A DNA stretch of 47,565 nucleotides, taken from Deltaproteobacteria bacterium (GTDB lineage: Bacteria > Myxococcota_A > UBA9160 > SMWR01). The stretch is taken from the NCBI GenBank assembly GCA_032128375.1, contig JAQBGU010000211.1:1-47565 (forward strand), in the 5' to 3' direction. Under the pieces are notes generated by a model that worked only from the letters and a program-made list of their open reading frames with translations, did not search any database and was not told the origin of the DNA. The translations under genes were made by a program, and so were the position numbers. Below, in pieces: positions 1 through 10,033 of the stretch. The first letter of the stretch is position 1. Each line of letters opens with the position of its first letter.

Positions 1-2
1 TG

Positions 3-119
3 CTCGTGAAGCGGCACCTGCATTTTCCCGAGGCGCGCTCGGCGATCTTCGCCGAACTCTACTGCCGCACCGACCAGCTCGTGTTCTCGCAGACGCTGGT
101 CCAACCCGACCCGGTCTGA
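3..119 (+). CDS. 3' end of an unidentified gene running in from the window edge
   Basis: Open frame LVKRHLHFPEARSAIFAELYCRTDQLVFSQTLVQPDPV ends at TGA 117-119, 8 nt before the trpB start; family not recognised. Confidence 0.4.
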   Translation, partial: LVKRHLHFPEARSAIFAELYCRTDQLVFSQTLVQPDPV

Positions 120-127
120 GCGGAGTC

Positions 128-1366
128 ATGATGCGCAAGCGCGGTTATTACGGAGACTTCGGCGGCGCCTTCATCCCCGAGATCCTGGTCGCGACGTTCG
201 ACGAACTCACGGCGGCCTTCGACGCCGCTCGGGCCGACCCGGCATTCTGGGACGAGTACGTCGCGTTGATGAGCAGCTACTCGTGCCGTCCGACCCCGAT
301 CACGTTCGCCGCAAACCTGACCGACCACTTCGGCGGCGCGCGCATCTACATCAAACGCGAAGACCTCAACCACACGGGCGCTCACAAAGCCAACAACGTG
401 ATGGGGCAGGGCCTGCTCGTCAAGCGGATGGGCAAGACGCGGGTCATCGCTGAAACCGGCGCCGGGCAACACGGCGTCGCGACGGCGACCATGGCCGCTC
501 GCTTCGGCTTCGACTGCACGATTTATATGGGTGCGGTCGACGTGGATCGGCAGCGACCGAACGTTTTCTGGATGGAGCGGCTCGGCGCGACCGTCGTCGC
601 AGTGACCGAGGGAACCCAGATTCTCAAAGATGCGATCAACGAGGCGTTCCGCGATTGGGTGACGTCGATGGACGACACCCACTACGTGCTCGGTACCGCG
701 TGCGGTCCCCATCCGTTCCCCGAAATGGTGACTTACTTCCAATCGATTATCGGAAGCGAAGCCCGCGAACAGGTCCAGGAGCTGACCGGAGTGCTTCCGA
801 AGCGGATTTATGCGTGTGTCGGGGGTGGCTCGAATGCGATGGGGATTTTCGGCGCATTTCTCGACGACACCGCAGTCGAACTCGTCGGCGTCGAAGCCGG
901 AGGCCGCGGCCTTGAAACCGGCGCACACGCGTCTCGGCTCGCTAGCGACGATGCTTCGGTCGGCGTCGCGCAGGGCTACAAGAGCTATTTCCTACAGAAC
1001 GAAGATGGGCAGATGCGCGAGACCCACAGCGTCGCTGCCGGGCTCGACTACGTCGGTGTCTCGCCAATCCTGTCGAACCTGCGCGACAAGGGCAGAGTCC
1101 GTTTCGAGGCGGCGACCGACCGGGAGGTCATCGAGGCGCTCTCGCTGACTTTGAAAATGGAAGGGCTTGTCCCAGCACTCGAGTCGACACATGCGTTTGT
1201 CCAAGCCTTCAAGGAAGCCCCCAGCCTGGGCTCGGACGACGTGATCATCATCAACCAGTCGGGTCGTGGGGACAAGGATATCTTCACCGTGGCCGATGCC
1301 TTCGAAGATCCGAAGTGGAGAGAGTTCATTTGCAAGAAGGCGGAGGAATACCATGCTCGCTCGTGA
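128..1366 (+). CDS. trpB: Tryptophan synthase beta chain
   Basis: KREDLNHTGAHK PLP-lysine motif, AETGAGQHG, CVGGGSNA, SGRGDKD; GGAG SD at 122-125. Confidence 0.97.
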   Translation: MMRKRGYYGDFGGAFIPEILVATFDELTAAFDAARADPAFWDEYVALMSSYSCRPTPITFAANLTDHFGGARIYIKREDLNHTGAHKANNVMGQGLLVKRMGKTRVIAETGAGQHGVATATMAARFGFDCTIYMGAVDVDRQRPNVFWMERLGATVVAVTEGTQILKDAINEAFRDWVTSMDDTHYVLGTACGPHPFPEMVTYFQSIIGSEAREQVQELTGVLPKRIYACVGGGSNAMGIFGAFLDDTAVELVGVEAGGRGLETGAHASRLASDDASVGVAQGYKSYFLQNEDGQMRETHSVAAGLDYVGVSPILSNLRDKGRVRFEAATDREVIEALSLTLKMEGLVPALESTHAFVQAFKEAPSLGSDDVIIINQSGRGDKDIFTVADAFEDPKWREFICKKAEEYHARS

Positions 1367-2114
1367 CTTGCGTTCGATGCGGCAGGAAAAGGAAATCCTG
1401 CTGATGACCCATATTGTGCTCGGCTATCCGAACTTCGACGATTGTCTGCGCGTCGTCGAAGGAATGGTCGAAGCGGGCGTCGACCTGATGGAACTGCAGA
1501 TTCCGTTCTCCGAGCCGATCGCGGATGGGCCGGTGATTCTGCACGCCAACCAGCGTTCGCTCGCGGCCGGAGCAACGGTCGACCAGTGTCTTCGCTTTGC
1601 CGAGTCGGTGACTCGCCGATTCGACATCCCGTTCATTTTCATGAGCTACTACAACATCTTGTTCAAGTACGGGGTCGACGCATTCGCGACGAAGATGGCG
1701 GAATTTGGCATGGCCGGCGCGATTGTTCCCGATCTTCCACCGGAAGAGTCTGCCTCTTACCTGGCTGCGATGCGTCGACATGGATTGGCTCCGATTTACA
1801 TCTATTCGCCCAACACGTCGGATGAACGCATGCGAACGATCGCGGACTGCGCCGAGGGTTTTGTGTACTGCGTGGCACGCAAGGGCGTGACGGGGGCTGG
1901 AACCGATTTCTCGGACAGCCTCGGGGCCTATCTCGCGCGTTGCCGCGCCGCAACGGAACTGCCGCTCGCGCTCGGGTTTGGCGTCAAGGACAAAGCCGAT
2001 GTCGACTTCCTGCGCGGGCAGGTCGATATTGCGGTCATCGGAACCCAGACGATCCGTGTCGTCGAAGAGCAGGGTGTCGGCGCCGTCCGCGAGTTTGTTG
2101 CGGGCCTTCGCTGA
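1353..2114 (+). CDS. trpA: Tryptophan synthase alpha chain
   Basis: ELQIPFSEPIADGPVI, PDLPPEE, GVTG, LGFG motifs; GGAGG SD before ATG 1353; overlaps the trpB stop. Confidence 0.95.
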   Translation: MLARDLRSMRQEKEILLMTHIVLGYPNFDDCLRVVEGMVEAGVDLMELQIPFSEPIADGPVILHANQRSLAAGATVDQCLRFAESVTRRFDIPFIFMSYYNILFKYGVDAFATKMAEFGMAGAIVPDLPPEESASYLAAMRRHGLAPIYIYSPNTSDERMRTIADCAEGFVYCVARKGVTGAGTDFSDSLGAYLARCRAATELPLALGFGVKDKADVDFLRGQVDIAVIGTQTIRVVEEQGVGAVREFVAGLR

Positions 2115-2117
2115 TAT

Positions 2118-2906
2118 CTACTCGAGCAGTGATTCTCGCAGCTGTGCGCGCTGTGAGTCGGAGATCAAGAGGCCTTCTGCCAGGTAGCGGTCGAACGAGC
2201 CCCACATTTCGCGCATGGCCGCGAAGGACGATTCGATGTACTCGGGTCGCACCTCGAGGAACGGGCGCAGGTAGTCGCCCCATTTGACATCGCCGTCGCC
2301 ATCCAGGCGTTTGCGAATCCCTTCGAGGTTCTGGTTGCTCAGCAGGTACTGCTCGACGACCTGATCCTCTTCGACTCCGAGCGCCAGCAGCACGAGCGTG
2401 CCCGCCCAGCCGGCGCGATCCTTGCCGGCTGAGCAATGAAACAGCGCAGGTAACGACTCGGGCTGAGCCAGCTCTGTCAGGAATTCCGCATACACTTCGC
2501 TTCGCTCGCGCACCAGCTCTGCAGCGGAATCGACCATCATCGCTGCGGCTTGCCCGTTTCCGAAAAGCTCGTCGATCTTGTCGGGCGTGGCACCTCGGAG
2601 AAGGCTCCGGAGGTCTTGGGCGGCGGCTGGGTTTGGCATCGGCAGCCGGTGGTGACGCGTACCGTCGGGCAGCCGGTCGCTGCCATCGGAGTCGATGTCG
2701 GCCAGGTTCCGAAAGTCGAACACGCGTTGGATGCCGAGTGCGGCGAGTTGCTCCATGTCTGCATCGCTTGCGTGGCCGAGGTGTCCGCTGCGAAACAGGC
2801 GAGCGTGCCGAACCCGCGCGCCATCGCGCGTCGTGTGACCGCCGAGATCTCGAAAATTGGCAATGCGTTCGAACCGGACCCGGTGCGGTTCGCGAAACGG
2901 GGACAA
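2118..2906 (-). CDS. Protein tyrosine/serine phosphatase (PtpB/Y_phosphatase3-like)
   Basis: NFRDLGG, LFRSG and P-loop HCSAGKDRAG; TTG start with AGGAG SD. Confidence 0.9.
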   Translation of the reverse strand: MSPFREPHRVRFERIANFRDLGGHTTRDGARVRHARLFRSGHLGHASDADMEQLAALGIQRVFDFRNLADIDSDGSDRLPDGTRHHRLPMPNPAAAQDLRSLLRGATPDKIDELFGNGQAAAMMVDSAAELVRERSEVYAEFLTELAQPESLPALFHCSAGKDRAGWAGTLVLLALGVEEDQVVEQYLLSNQNLEGIRKRLDGDGDVKWGDYLRPFLEVRPEYIESSFAAMREMWGSFDRYLAEGLLISDSQRAQLRESLLE

Positions 2907-2977
2907 TGGCGACTCCTTTCTGTGCTAGCCAGTTCCGGCGCAATTTTGACGCCAGCAGACGGGGACGTGCGCGGTGT

Positions 2978-3748
2978 TCAGGCTTTCTTGAGCCACACCC
3001 GCAACGGGCCAACCGCCTCGAAGCCCAGCTCGAGGAATGTCGGCAGCTGAGATCGGCCCTGGTATCCGACCAGCGGAAGGCCGTCTGGATCATGTAGCAC
3101 ACGGGCTGCGGCGACGATCGTGGCGAGCCGGTCGCGCGAACTCCCGTCCGTTCCGAAGGTGTTCGACAATCCGACGACACCCGCGTGGCGGTTCGCAATG
3201 GCGCCCGCCAGTGTCTGTCCCCGATCCACGACGCTGAGAAAGACGCATTCTCCGTCGTCGAGCAACTCTGGGCGAAAGATCGGAGGCTGGCTTGGCGACA
3301 ACGTATTCGCCGCGTCGTATCGCCAAGCCGTTTCCCAATCCGCGAGTGCGCGCGGTCCGACGACGCGTTCGCAGCGCAGTTCCGAACCTGCTCGGCTCTG
3401 GGGAGCGACGCACGGAACGTCGGCAGCCCGGTAGATCCACGTCGCGTCGAACAGCACTTCGAAGCCGCGAGACGATAGGTCGAGCGTGGAGAATGAGTCC
3501 TTGATTCCGATGTCGCCAATCGGCTCCAAAGACGCGACGAGCCGGTCGATGATCGCAAGCTGCGCTTCGTGCTGGTCCGGAGTCAAGCACACGGCGTTGC
3601 CATAGAACGGAGGTGTCTCGCACCAGTTCACGTACATCGACTCGGTCAGTTCCCCTGCGCTGCCGTGCGCGCCGCAGACGGCCATGTACCACTGCGCGTT
3701 GTTCATGACACACTTTCGGACCACGTCGGTGTTCTCTCGGAAAGCCAA
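2978..3748 (-). CDS. Conserved hypothetical protein, possibly GNAT-like fold
   Basis: NNAQW..VC.AHG, IKDSFSTLDL, VVGLSN and LGFEAVGPLRVW resemble a conserved hypothetical family; start uncertain (TTG 3748 chosen). Confidence 0.6.
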   Translation of the reverse strand: MAFRENTDVVRKCVMNNAQWYMAVCGAHGSAGELTESMYVNWCETPPFYGNAVCLTPDQHEAQLAIIDRLVASLEPIGDIGIKDSFSTLDLSSRGFEVLFDATWIYRAADVPCVAPQSRAGSELRCERVVGPRALADWETAWRYDAANTLSPSQPPIFRPELLDDGECVFLSVVDRGQTLAGAIANRHAGVVGLSNTFGTDGSSRDRLATIVAAARVLHDPDGLPLVGYQGRSQLPTFLELGFEAVGPLRVWLKKA

Positions 3749-4070
3749 TCCGATCACGCTAACAGGAGTCAACTGCAAGGAACAGTGCTTTCCGCATAGC
3801 GCACAAGAGGCCTGTGCCGAGGCTTCGAATGCTTCGGCAACTGCTCCTTGCGCGCTGTGCGCGATCCCCTCGCCAGCAGCCACGGCCTTGCTGAACGCGA
3901 GCAGGCGTGTGTGGACGTGGCGGCCGATTTCGAGGGAACCACCAGCAACCCGCTGGATCGGCACAACCCTGCAGGCTAGGCTCGCCCCGAGCAGTTTCGT
4001 CGTCGGCGCGTGCTGCCGTAGAACGATCGCTCAACCGAGGAGCGAATATGTGCTGGAGTTTCCAGGAGCG

Positions 4071-5021
4071 ATGCCAAGAGTGGTCGCTGTGACGCCTCGC
4101 TTCAGCATCGGCATCATTCATTACCGCGCCTACGCTGATCTCGAGCGCGCTCTGTCCGCGATCAAGCTTCAGCAGGCACGGCCAGATGCGGTGTTTGTCG
4201 TAGATGCAGACGCCGACTTCTTGTTGCTCGAAGGCATGCGGGTCGCGCACCCCGAATTCTACTTCGAGGCGATACCCAACGGCGGCTACGGAGCTGGAGC
4301 CAACCGCATCTTGCGCTGGGTGGACCGTGAGCAGTCCGAATCCGAATTCGTGCTCTTGATGAATCCCGATGTCGAACTCGACCCGGGATTCAGTGAACGG
4401 CTTCTGCGCTCTATGGCTAGTGACTCCAAGGTGGCGATGGGAGCGGGAAAGTTGCTCAGGCCGGGCGGAAAATACCTCGACAGCGCTGGCATTGGGATGC
4501 GCGCCAACCGCCGAATGCGAGACCGCGGCAGCGAACAACTTGACCGAGGGCAATTCGATCGGCGGGAATACGTCTTCGGTGCAACCGGTGCCGCGATGAT
4601 GCTTCGCCGCGCAGCACTCCCCGAACTCGCGATCGAAGGCGAGTTGTTCGACGAGGATTTCTTCATGTACCACGAGGACACCGATCTTTCGTGGCGGGCG
4701 AATCTATTGGGTTGGAAGGTTATCTATGAGCCGACTGCGACCGCAATACACACACGCGGTTGGCGCAAGGCCGATCGCTCCGAAATCGCGGTTGCGATCC
4801 GCCGGCACTCATTCAAGAACCACTACCTCCAACTCGTCAAGAACGAGCCCGCGAGCGGGCTTGTGTACCATCTGCCGGTGATTCTGGCTTGGGAGGCGCT
4901 GCGACTGGGCTTTGCGCTGCTGCGTGACCGCGCGATGCTACCCGCCTACGTTGACGCCTGGCGTGGGCTCGGCCGTGCGCTTCACAAGCGGCGAATCCTG
5001 CAACGTCGCATTCGAGCCTGA
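4071..5021 (+). CDS. Glycosyltransferase family 2
   Basis: NGGYGAGAN, LLMNPDV, GAAMMLRR, FFMYHEDTDLSWR; start 4071 or GTG 4089. Confidence 0.9.
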   Translation: MPRVVAVTPRFSIGIIHYRAYADLERALSAIKLQQARPDAVFVVDADADFLLLEGMRVAHPEFYFEAIPNGGYGAGANRILRWVDREQSESEFVLLMNPDVELDPGFSERLLRSMASDSKVAMGAGKLLRPGGKYLDSAGIGMRANRRMRDRGSEQLDRGQFDRREYVFGATGAAMMLRRAALPELAIEGELFDEDFFMYHEDTDLSWRANLLGWKVIYEPTATAIHTRGWRKADRSEIAVAIRRHSFKNHYLQLVKNEPASGLVYHLPVILAWEALRLGFALLRDRAMLPAYVDAWRGLGRALHKRRILQRRIRA

Positions 5022-5094
5022 AACGCCTGCCGCGCCACCCAGCGATCCGCGTGTCGCGACCGCACATCTGACCCGATACGCACCCCGGCCCATT

Positions 5095-6273
5095 TTACGA
5101 CTCGCTGCATAGAGCACCTCGCCTTTCGAGTTCGTCGAGCGCGGTTTCGTCGAGGCCGAGCAGGCGGGCGAATACTTCTCGGTTGTGTTCACCACGATGT
5201 GGCGCGCGCTTGCGAGCACCGATCTCAGCGCGGGTCGAACGGAAGGGAACTCGTGGAAACCGCAGACCCGCAGCCGGCTCTGACACGAGCCGGCGCTGCA
5301 CGGCCCAGTCGGTCTCGGCTAGCTCCACCACGGTCCGAACCACGCCGACCGCGATTCGCTGTGGATCGACGGCTGCATGGAAAGCCTCGAACGAATCGAA
5401 GCCGCGAGCGAACTCGAAAAGCAGTGCCTCGATCTCCTCGCGATGCTCGACTCGAGCCGGGTGGCGGGCGAAGCGGGGATCCTCGAGCAGATCCGGTCGT
5501 TTCATGGCTTTGACCCACTGCCGAAAATTGTCTGACGGGTTGCCTTGTGTCGCCACGACCGTTCCATCGCCCAGCGTCAGCATGACAGAGGCAGCGCCCG
5601 CGTAGCGCGCGGGGCCGGTTTGCCCCGAAAGCTCCGGCGCGCTGAACTCATTGGTGTAGACCGACACGTCTGCAAGCGAGATATCGAGATGTTGCCCACG
5701 CCCCGTCCGTTCGCGATCGAACAGCGCGCTACCGATCGCGCCCATAGCCATCAGACCTGATTGGATGTCTGCCTGGGACATGGCTTCCTGTCGAACGGGT
5801 GCTTCGTGCAATCGCGCGGTCGATGCGAGTAAGCCCGACTCACCGTGCACGACCGGTGCGTACGCACGTCGGTTTGCCCAGGGGCCCGTCTGGCCATAAC
5901 CGCTGATCGAGCAGTAGATGAGTCGCGGATTTCGCTTCATGAGCGAGTCCGCACCGAGTCCATAACGCGCCAATACGCCGGGCCGGAAGTTCTCCAGCAA
6001 GACATCGGCGGATTCGGCCATCTTCGCCAGCAGGGACGTGATCTCCGGGTCCGCCAGATCCACACTGACACCGAGCTTTCCGGCGTTGAACTGGGTGTAG
6101 TAGGCACTGAATCCATCGATGATGGGTGGCGCAGTGCGGGTCATGTCGGGCCGCGGGGGCTCGATCTTGATCACCTCGGCTCCCTGGTCCGCCAGCATCC
6201 GGCCACACAGTGGCCCCGCCACGACCCGACTGAAATCCAACACCCGAACCCCCGATAGCGGCCCGTCAATCAT
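5095..6273 (-). CDS. CaiB/BaiF family (class III) CoA-transferase
   Basis: PLSGVRVLDFSRVVAGP, DVLLENFRPG, SISGYGQTGP. Confidence 0.92.
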   Translation of the reverse strand: MIDGPLSGVRVLDFSRVVAGPLCGRMLADQGAEVIKIEPPRPDMTRTAPPIIDGFSAYYTQFNAGKLGVSVDLADPEITSLLAKMAESADVLLENFRPGVLARYGLGADSLMKRNPRLIYCSISGYGQTGPWANRRAYAPVVHGESGLLASTARLHEAPVRQEAMSQADIQSGLMAMGAIGSALFDRERTGRGQHLDISLADVSVYTNEFSAPELSGQTGPARYAGAASVMLTLGDGTVVATQGNPSDNFRQWVKAMKRPDLLEDPRFARHPARVEHREEIEALLFEFARGFDSFEAFHAAVDPQRIAVGVVRTVVELAETDWAVQRRLVSEPAAGLRFPRVPFRSTRAEIGARKRAPHRGEHNREVFARLLGLDETALDELERRGALCSES

Positions 6274-8119
6274 TTTGATGGCTCTCCTTTGAAATCGGCG
6301 TGACGACCTGATAAATCATCACATCGCGGTTCGAGTAGACCGGCTCGAGTCGACCGAGCGCGTCGGGATCGCGCGCCCGGGCGCTGAACAGGTCCTCGAA
6401 GACGAACGGCCAGTCGGCGAGGTACGCGATGCGTTTGTCGCGCACATACTCGTCGATCCGGGACTCGCGCAACGCCTCGAGGGCGTCGATATTGATTTTG
6501 CCATCCAGCCCGTAGAACGGCCGCTCGAGGTAATAGCCGAAAATGCCCGTCTGGAAGGCGCCGATGATCGCGCCCGGAGGTGTGTTCCGATTGATCCAGA
6601 GTGCAGCATCGTAGAAGCCGCGCACCCCGCGTAGGGGCGGCTTGCTGACGGCCATCGTGTCCGCGAGCAGGCTGAAGCCGAGCAAGCCCGCGAGGGCGAT
6701 CTCGGGGACGCGTCGACGCAGCGAAGACGGATTGGGCGCGAGTCGCGCGAGAGCTCCCCAGATCGCGGAGGCGAGCACGAGCAGATAGGCGATGTTGAAG
6801 GGAGCGAAGTATCGGTAGAAATACCACTGCCCGAAGATGTAGGTCGTGTAGGCTATGAGCAGCAACAGCAGGAAGCCAAACAAGAAGCCCAGCTGTTTCA
6901 GGTTCTGCCAGGCTGCGCCCCAGCCTACCGCGAGAGCAACCGCGGTCAGCGCAAGCGCCGGGCGGACCTCGATCGCAGCCGCGGCGGATTCTCGTATCGC
7001 CCCTAATGCAGCCCACAGGGTGCTCTCGTAGTAAGCCCATGGGACATTCGCCAATTCGAATGCCGGACCGGTCGTGCCCATCATCCGGTAGTGATAGGCG
7101 AGCGATAGAAAGCGCACCGCCTGGCCTCCGCTGGGCAGCGCGCTTCCTACCAACCAAAGGTTCAGCGCCAGCCAGGGCAACGCGATCGCGGCAGCCACCG
7201 AAGCGATTACCGCCACCGCGCGCAGGCGGGTGCCAAGCGGCTGGGCCCAACGGTTGGCAATCGCGTAATGGAGGGCCAGCGCGACCACGAGCAGGCTGTT
7301 GTCAGTTCGTGCCAGAAAAGCTACACCCAAGAGAGTACCTAAGAATACGAGTCGTCGCGTGTTCGGGGCCGCCCCGTCATTCAGCATGCGAAGATAGATC
7401 AGACAGACAACGCACAACGAAATCAGAGACAGACCCGTCTCGAGGCCGTTCAAGTCGAGACCGACGAAATAGTGGCTGAACGCCCATACGGCGAGTGCGA
7501 ACAACGAGGCCGAGTCTCCAGCGACTCGCCTCGTGATCTGGCTGATGGCGAACCCGAGCGCTACTCCCAGCGCGCTCTGGAAGACGAGGATCGCGTTGAT
7601 TGCCAGCGTCTTGCTCTCGATGATCCAGTAGATGGGTGTGATGAGCAACAGAAAAAGCGGTTGGACGCCGGTGGTCGTGTTGAACCCGTCGTGTCTCAAC
7701 CCGCCGCCGTGGGCGAGGTTGTAGGCGATGTTGAAGTAGTAGTGGGAGTCGTCATTGAGGGGCCAACGCCGAATGGACGGAGGATCCTGGACGGCGAGGT
7801 GCAGCCGGATCCCGGCGCCGAGCAGAAGCAAGAGCCACGTCACCGTGCGGCGCGACAGCAGCCCCGCCCCGTGCATCGCGACACCGAAGACAAACACGGA
7901 TATGAGACCGGCCGACAGGAACGCCCGGTCTGCATACACAGGGACAAGTCGCGGTGTCACATTGCGACCCATCAGGCGCGCGAGCCAGTGCAGTGCGGTC
8001 TCGTGGCCGGCGCCTTCGATCCAGGGGCGACCGACGACGACGTAGAAGACGCACACGGCCGCGACGGATGCAGCGTAGAACGCGACGGCCCGCACGCGCC
8101 GCCGGCGCGCGACGCTCAC
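6266..8119 (-). CDS. Polytopic membrane protein, GT-C/ArnT-like glycosyltransferase
   Basis: DDSHYYFNIAYN acidic loop, TTGVQPL, NGLET, LARTD, YRYFAP and many hydrophobic segments; GTG start overlaps the upstream TGA. Confidence 0.75.
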   Translation of the reverse strand: MSVARRRRVRAVAFYAASVAAVCVFYVVVGRPWIEGAGHETALHWLARLMGRNVTPRLVPVYADRAFLSAGLISVFVFGVAMHGAGLLSRRTVTWLLLLLGAGIRLHLAVQDPPSIRRWPLNDDSHYYFNIAYNLAHGGGLRHDGFNTTTGVQPLFLLLITPIYWIIESKTLAINAILVFQSALGVALGFAISQITRRVAGDSASLFALAVWAFSHYFVGLDLNGLETGLSLISLCVVCLIYLRMLNDGAAPNTRRLVFLGTLLGVAFLARTDNSLLVVALALHYAIANRWAQPLGTRLRAVAVIASVAAAIALPWLALNLWLVGSALPSGGQAVRFLSLAYHYRMMGTTGPAFELANVPWAYYESTLWAALGAIRESAAAAIEVRPALALTAVALAVGWGAAWQNLKQLGFLFGFLLLLLIAYTTYIFGQWYFYRYFAPFNIAYLLVLASAIWGALARLAPNPSSLRRRVPEIALAGLLGFSLLADTMAVSKPPLRGVRGFYDAALWINRNTPPGAIIGAFQTGIFGYYLERPFYGLDGKINIDALEALRESRIDEYVRDKRIAYLADWPFVFEDLFSARARDPDALGRLEPVYSNRDVMIYQVVTPISKESHQND

Positions 8120-9219
8120 GGCTCCGGATTCGCCGGGAGCAGGCCGTCGAGCCGGCGCGATAGCGACCTCGCCACGAATGCGTTGCCCTCGGCGGTGTAG
8201 TGGCCTCGCGCGTTTCGGAAGGACGTCTCGTCCGGATCGATGAACAGCGTCTCGAGGACCGCAGGGGACAACTCGCGAAAGTCGTCGGTCAGATCGATAA
8301 AGCGAAGTGAGCGCCGGGACATCTCCGATGCAAAGTAATCGCGGAAGCGCTGGCTCTGCTCAGGCTTGTCGCGCAGGTCGAGCCAAGAAGTCAGATAGAC
8401 GCAGACCGCGACAGCGCCTTGCTTCGCGTTCGAGCGTTCGACGTCCGCGAAGATCTCGAGTGCAACAACCGCAGCCGTCTCCTCGGTGTATGCCGGGAAG
8501 TCGGCCGGATCAGGCTCGGGAAGCGGACGAGCCACCAGTGGTCCAAGCAGTCGAAACAGTCGCAACGATCCGAAAGTGTCGCGGTGACGTCGCAGCCATC
8601 CATCCAGCATCCCCGCCCGTGGCACGGGGACGTTCTCCACAAATAACCCCCTCGGACCGTACCGAACCCGCGGCTTCCCATAGCGGAGAAAGGAGAGCTG
8701 CGTCATGCGCGTGATGTCCGGATACACGAATGCGAAGATGTGGAGCTGGTGGCCGAGGTCTTTGCCGTCGCGTTCGTACCACAACCAGGCCTGATCAATT
8801 CCATATCCGCCCTGTCCCATGTTCACGGTCTCGGCGTCGCGCCCGAGCAGCTTCAAGAGGTGACACCAGGTTTGGTCGTCGGCCACTCCAAAGCCGAGAG
8901 TGAACGAGTCGCCGGAGCAGATGACTCGAAACACACCCGGCGCAGGCTTCGGCGCGGTGTCGCGACGACCGCGAAATCCCTGCGCATTCGTGTGCAGGTC
9001 GGCTCCAGGACCGTAAAGGTCCTCCACGCTGTGGTTCGCGAGGTTCACCCAACCGAGTTCCGCGTCATAACGCGTGTGCGTCCGCTCAGCGACCGTTGGG
9101 AGCGTGTCAGTCGCGTCGAAGAGCTCACGCAAGAGCAAGACGCCACTCGCGAGGCCCTCGATCAATACGAGGAAGACCACGACCACGGCGAGCGAGAGCC
9201 CCAGGTTGCTAAATCGCAT
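8116..9219 (-). CDS. Membrane-anchored SGNH/GDSL hydrolase-like protein
   Basis: N-terminal TM segment, GDSFTLG, NMGQGGYG, C-terminal GHYTAEGN. Confidence 0.85.
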   Translation of the reverse strand: MRFSNLGLSLAVVVVFLVLIEGLASGVLLLRELFDATDTLPTVAERTHTRYDAELGWVNLANHSVEDLYGPGADLHTNAQGFRGRRDTAPKPAPGVFRVICSGDSFTLGFGVADDQTWCHLLKLLGRDAETVNMGQGGYGIDQAWLWYERDGKDLGHQLHIFAFVYPDITRMTQLSFLRYGKPRVRYGPRGLFVENVPVPRAGMLDGWLRRHRDTFGSLRLFRLLGPLVARPLPEPDPADFPAYTEETAAVVALEIFADVERSNAKQGAVAVCVYLTSWLDLRDKPEQSQRFRDYFASEMSRRSLRFIDLTDDFRELSPAVLETLFIDPDETSFRNARGHYTAEGNAFVARSLSRRLDGLLPANPEP

Positions 9220-9575
9220 AACTCATGCGTGCGATCCCGAAACAACAGTCGACAACGCAGCGACCTTGTTCTCCCAGCGATCGCCCCCTTGCGCTGCTGT
9301 CGTCTGGCCGCGCAATCAGCGACCTAGATCTTCGACTGGAATGATATTCGAGTCGAGAAGCATCGAAAGGCGCAGTGCGTCGATTCCGGTTGCCATCGAG
9401 CAAAGGACGTCCGAACCCCGTACCCGAGACTCACCTCGCGACCGATCCCGAACGGCTGTCGCCGGAAGCAGCAGAGGGCGGCCTCGCACGGAGGGTTTTC
9501 AGGCCTCTGGCGGGTCAGAGATCAAGATTTCTTCGGATCAGAAAATCAAATAAAAACATACATTTAGAATAGTAT

Positions 9576-9791
9576 TCACAGAATCAACTGTAGAAACATG
9601 GCAATGCTGGTCGCGAGCCAATCGAGCGCTGGAACCGAGAAACCGAACCCATCAAGCATGCCAGCGGCGCGAAATTGTTTGACGTTGCTGTGGGGGAATA
9701 CCCGAATCTTGATTGAGATCCAGCGAATCAAAATGAGCTCGAGAAACAGCCGCAACAGGCCGACAAGAAATCGCTTCCAGTTTCGCGACAT
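9576..9791 (-). pseudogene. Possible N-terminal remnant of a spermidine-synthase-like membrane protein
   Basis: RFLVGLLRLFLELILIRWISIKIRVF resembles the LFLELxLIRW N-terminus of that family; the frame closes after about 70 codons in an AT-richer intergenic stretch. Confidence 0.35.
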
Positions 9792-10033
9792 CTCTTGACC
9801 TGGCAGGTGGGACCGCCGGGCGATCGGGTCCGACAGGAAACCGGGGGCTTCTTGCAACGAAAAATGACGCCACAGAAGGGTTTCGACACCAAATTCCGAC
9901 ACCGATTCTGAGCCAGGAGACCTATCCGGCTTGCAATTTTTTGCATCCTGGCCGCTGCGGCGATACGTTGAGGTCCCCCCCAATCCGGCCGCTGCACGGC
10001 GTGCAGGTGGTCGAGAATCCAGGGAGGGCATCG

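Noticed and set aside
2035..3558. Long alternative-frame ORFs (507 aa here; also 28466-29944, 41913-43448, 17457-18713)
   Set aside because: Shadow or antisense frames of well-supported genes in high-GC DNA, with no recognisable motifs
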